Shown: one piece after another, positions 63,273 through 64,000 of the stretch
Layout of the letters: every line of letters starts with the position of its first letter
How positions within the stretch are numbered: the stretch's first letter is position 1
From: Neoechinorhynchus agilis
Lineage: Eukaryota; Animalia; Acanthocephala
Length of the DNA stretch: 64,000 bases
Assembly: GCA_051530055.1 (NCBI GenBank)
Contig: CM121342.1
Span: forward strand, 6,509,489-6,573,488
Reading direction: 5' to 3'
Notes under the pieces: generated by a model
What the model was told of the DNA's origin: nothing
The model's database searches: none
What the model saw: only the letters and a program-made list of their open reading frames with translations
Program-made: the position numbers and the translations under genes

Positions 63273-63960
63273 CTACCGTCCACAAAATCTTAGCTTCTCT
63301 CCTTCTTCAACTGTCGCTATCACGTTAGCAGCATTGCCGCGTTGTACTGCGAGATATTTTGTCGCAGGGATACACCTTCTCGTCCGTCGCCGGTCGTTTC
63401 TCTGAATTTCCTCGAGAGATCCTGGAGCAGAGTGCTGAGCTGCCAAGCGCTTTATACGTCTCTGCTCCGAAAGGGACAAAATATTGGGCCCTTGCTAATT
63501 CCCTATATTTTCGTACCTTCCTCCCTTGCGCTGCACTGGCGGCACCTCCATCGATTTCGAGAAAGTAGGAAATGTTGCTTACTGCGATGAACGTTGCGTC
63601 CAAGAGAAGGCGTTCGCCCTCCCGCAACGGAAAGGTCGGAATTCAGTCAGGTCGACGACCGTCTAGTCGACAAAGATTTCCGGGTTCCAAGATGTTGTAG
63701 AAGTTCGCCGTTCTCAACGCCCGAGAAATTGATCTCAGAATGGCATGGGAACCTTCCTCCTGACTTTCTGCAGACGAGACCGTGTCGCCCGAAAGCATCA
63801 ACCAAAGACCCACATCGACAGCGATGGGGCGTGCATATCGGGAGACCAAGCCATATCCTCATTACCTCATCAGTGAAAAGAGTTCCCACAGCTGGCAAAG
63901 ACGCTATAGAAATTATGCTGTTTTTTTTCCAAGAAACTTGTACAATTGAGAAATTGTTTT
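63273..63960 (-). mobile_element. CRE-like 3' portion
   Basis: LGLPICTPHRCRCGSLVDAFGRHGLVC, LDGRRPD, LLLDAT, KYRELARAQYFVPFGAETYKALGSSAL and AVQRGNAANV. Confidence 0.85.
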
Positions 63961-64000
63961 TTTTTAAAAGAAAACTCCAATGAGATTATCCTCGCTCTCA

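Overview
Eukaryotic, almost certainly animal, AT-rich and compact genomic DNA; no prokaryotic features. Recognisable genes: eIF2-alpha (+, 4 exons), ISCU (-), GPN1 (-), UBE2G-type E2 (+), the 3' half of an FBXL2/20-like gene (+), CDP-DAG synthase CDS (-), two near-identical geminin copies in a 1.9-kb palindrome, an SLC22-like fragment (+), AGPAT (+), Orai (-), AHCY (+), SERINC (-), KMT5A/SET8 (-) and an MS4A/CD20-like gene (-). About 24 kb (roughly 37%, my hand estimate) is made of unrelated, locus-private tandem arrays with 55-296 bp units. The rest contains many decayed CRE-like (RT plus restriction-like endonuclease) retrotransposon pieces, an APE-type LINE fragment and several foldback/MITE-like elements. 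Main finding: alongside ordinary GT-AG introns, five introns (GPN1, FBXL, CDS x2, Orai) restore conserved protein motifs only if spliced at non-GT-AG ends (AA..AT, AG..AT, AA..AC, AA..AC, AA/AC..TT). All five have base-paired ends that bring the splice sites together, even across 2.9-3.1 kb of satellite. This resembles the non-canonical introns reported in the appendicularian Fritillaria borealis. Host identity and splicing mechanism are inferences that need cDNA evidence.
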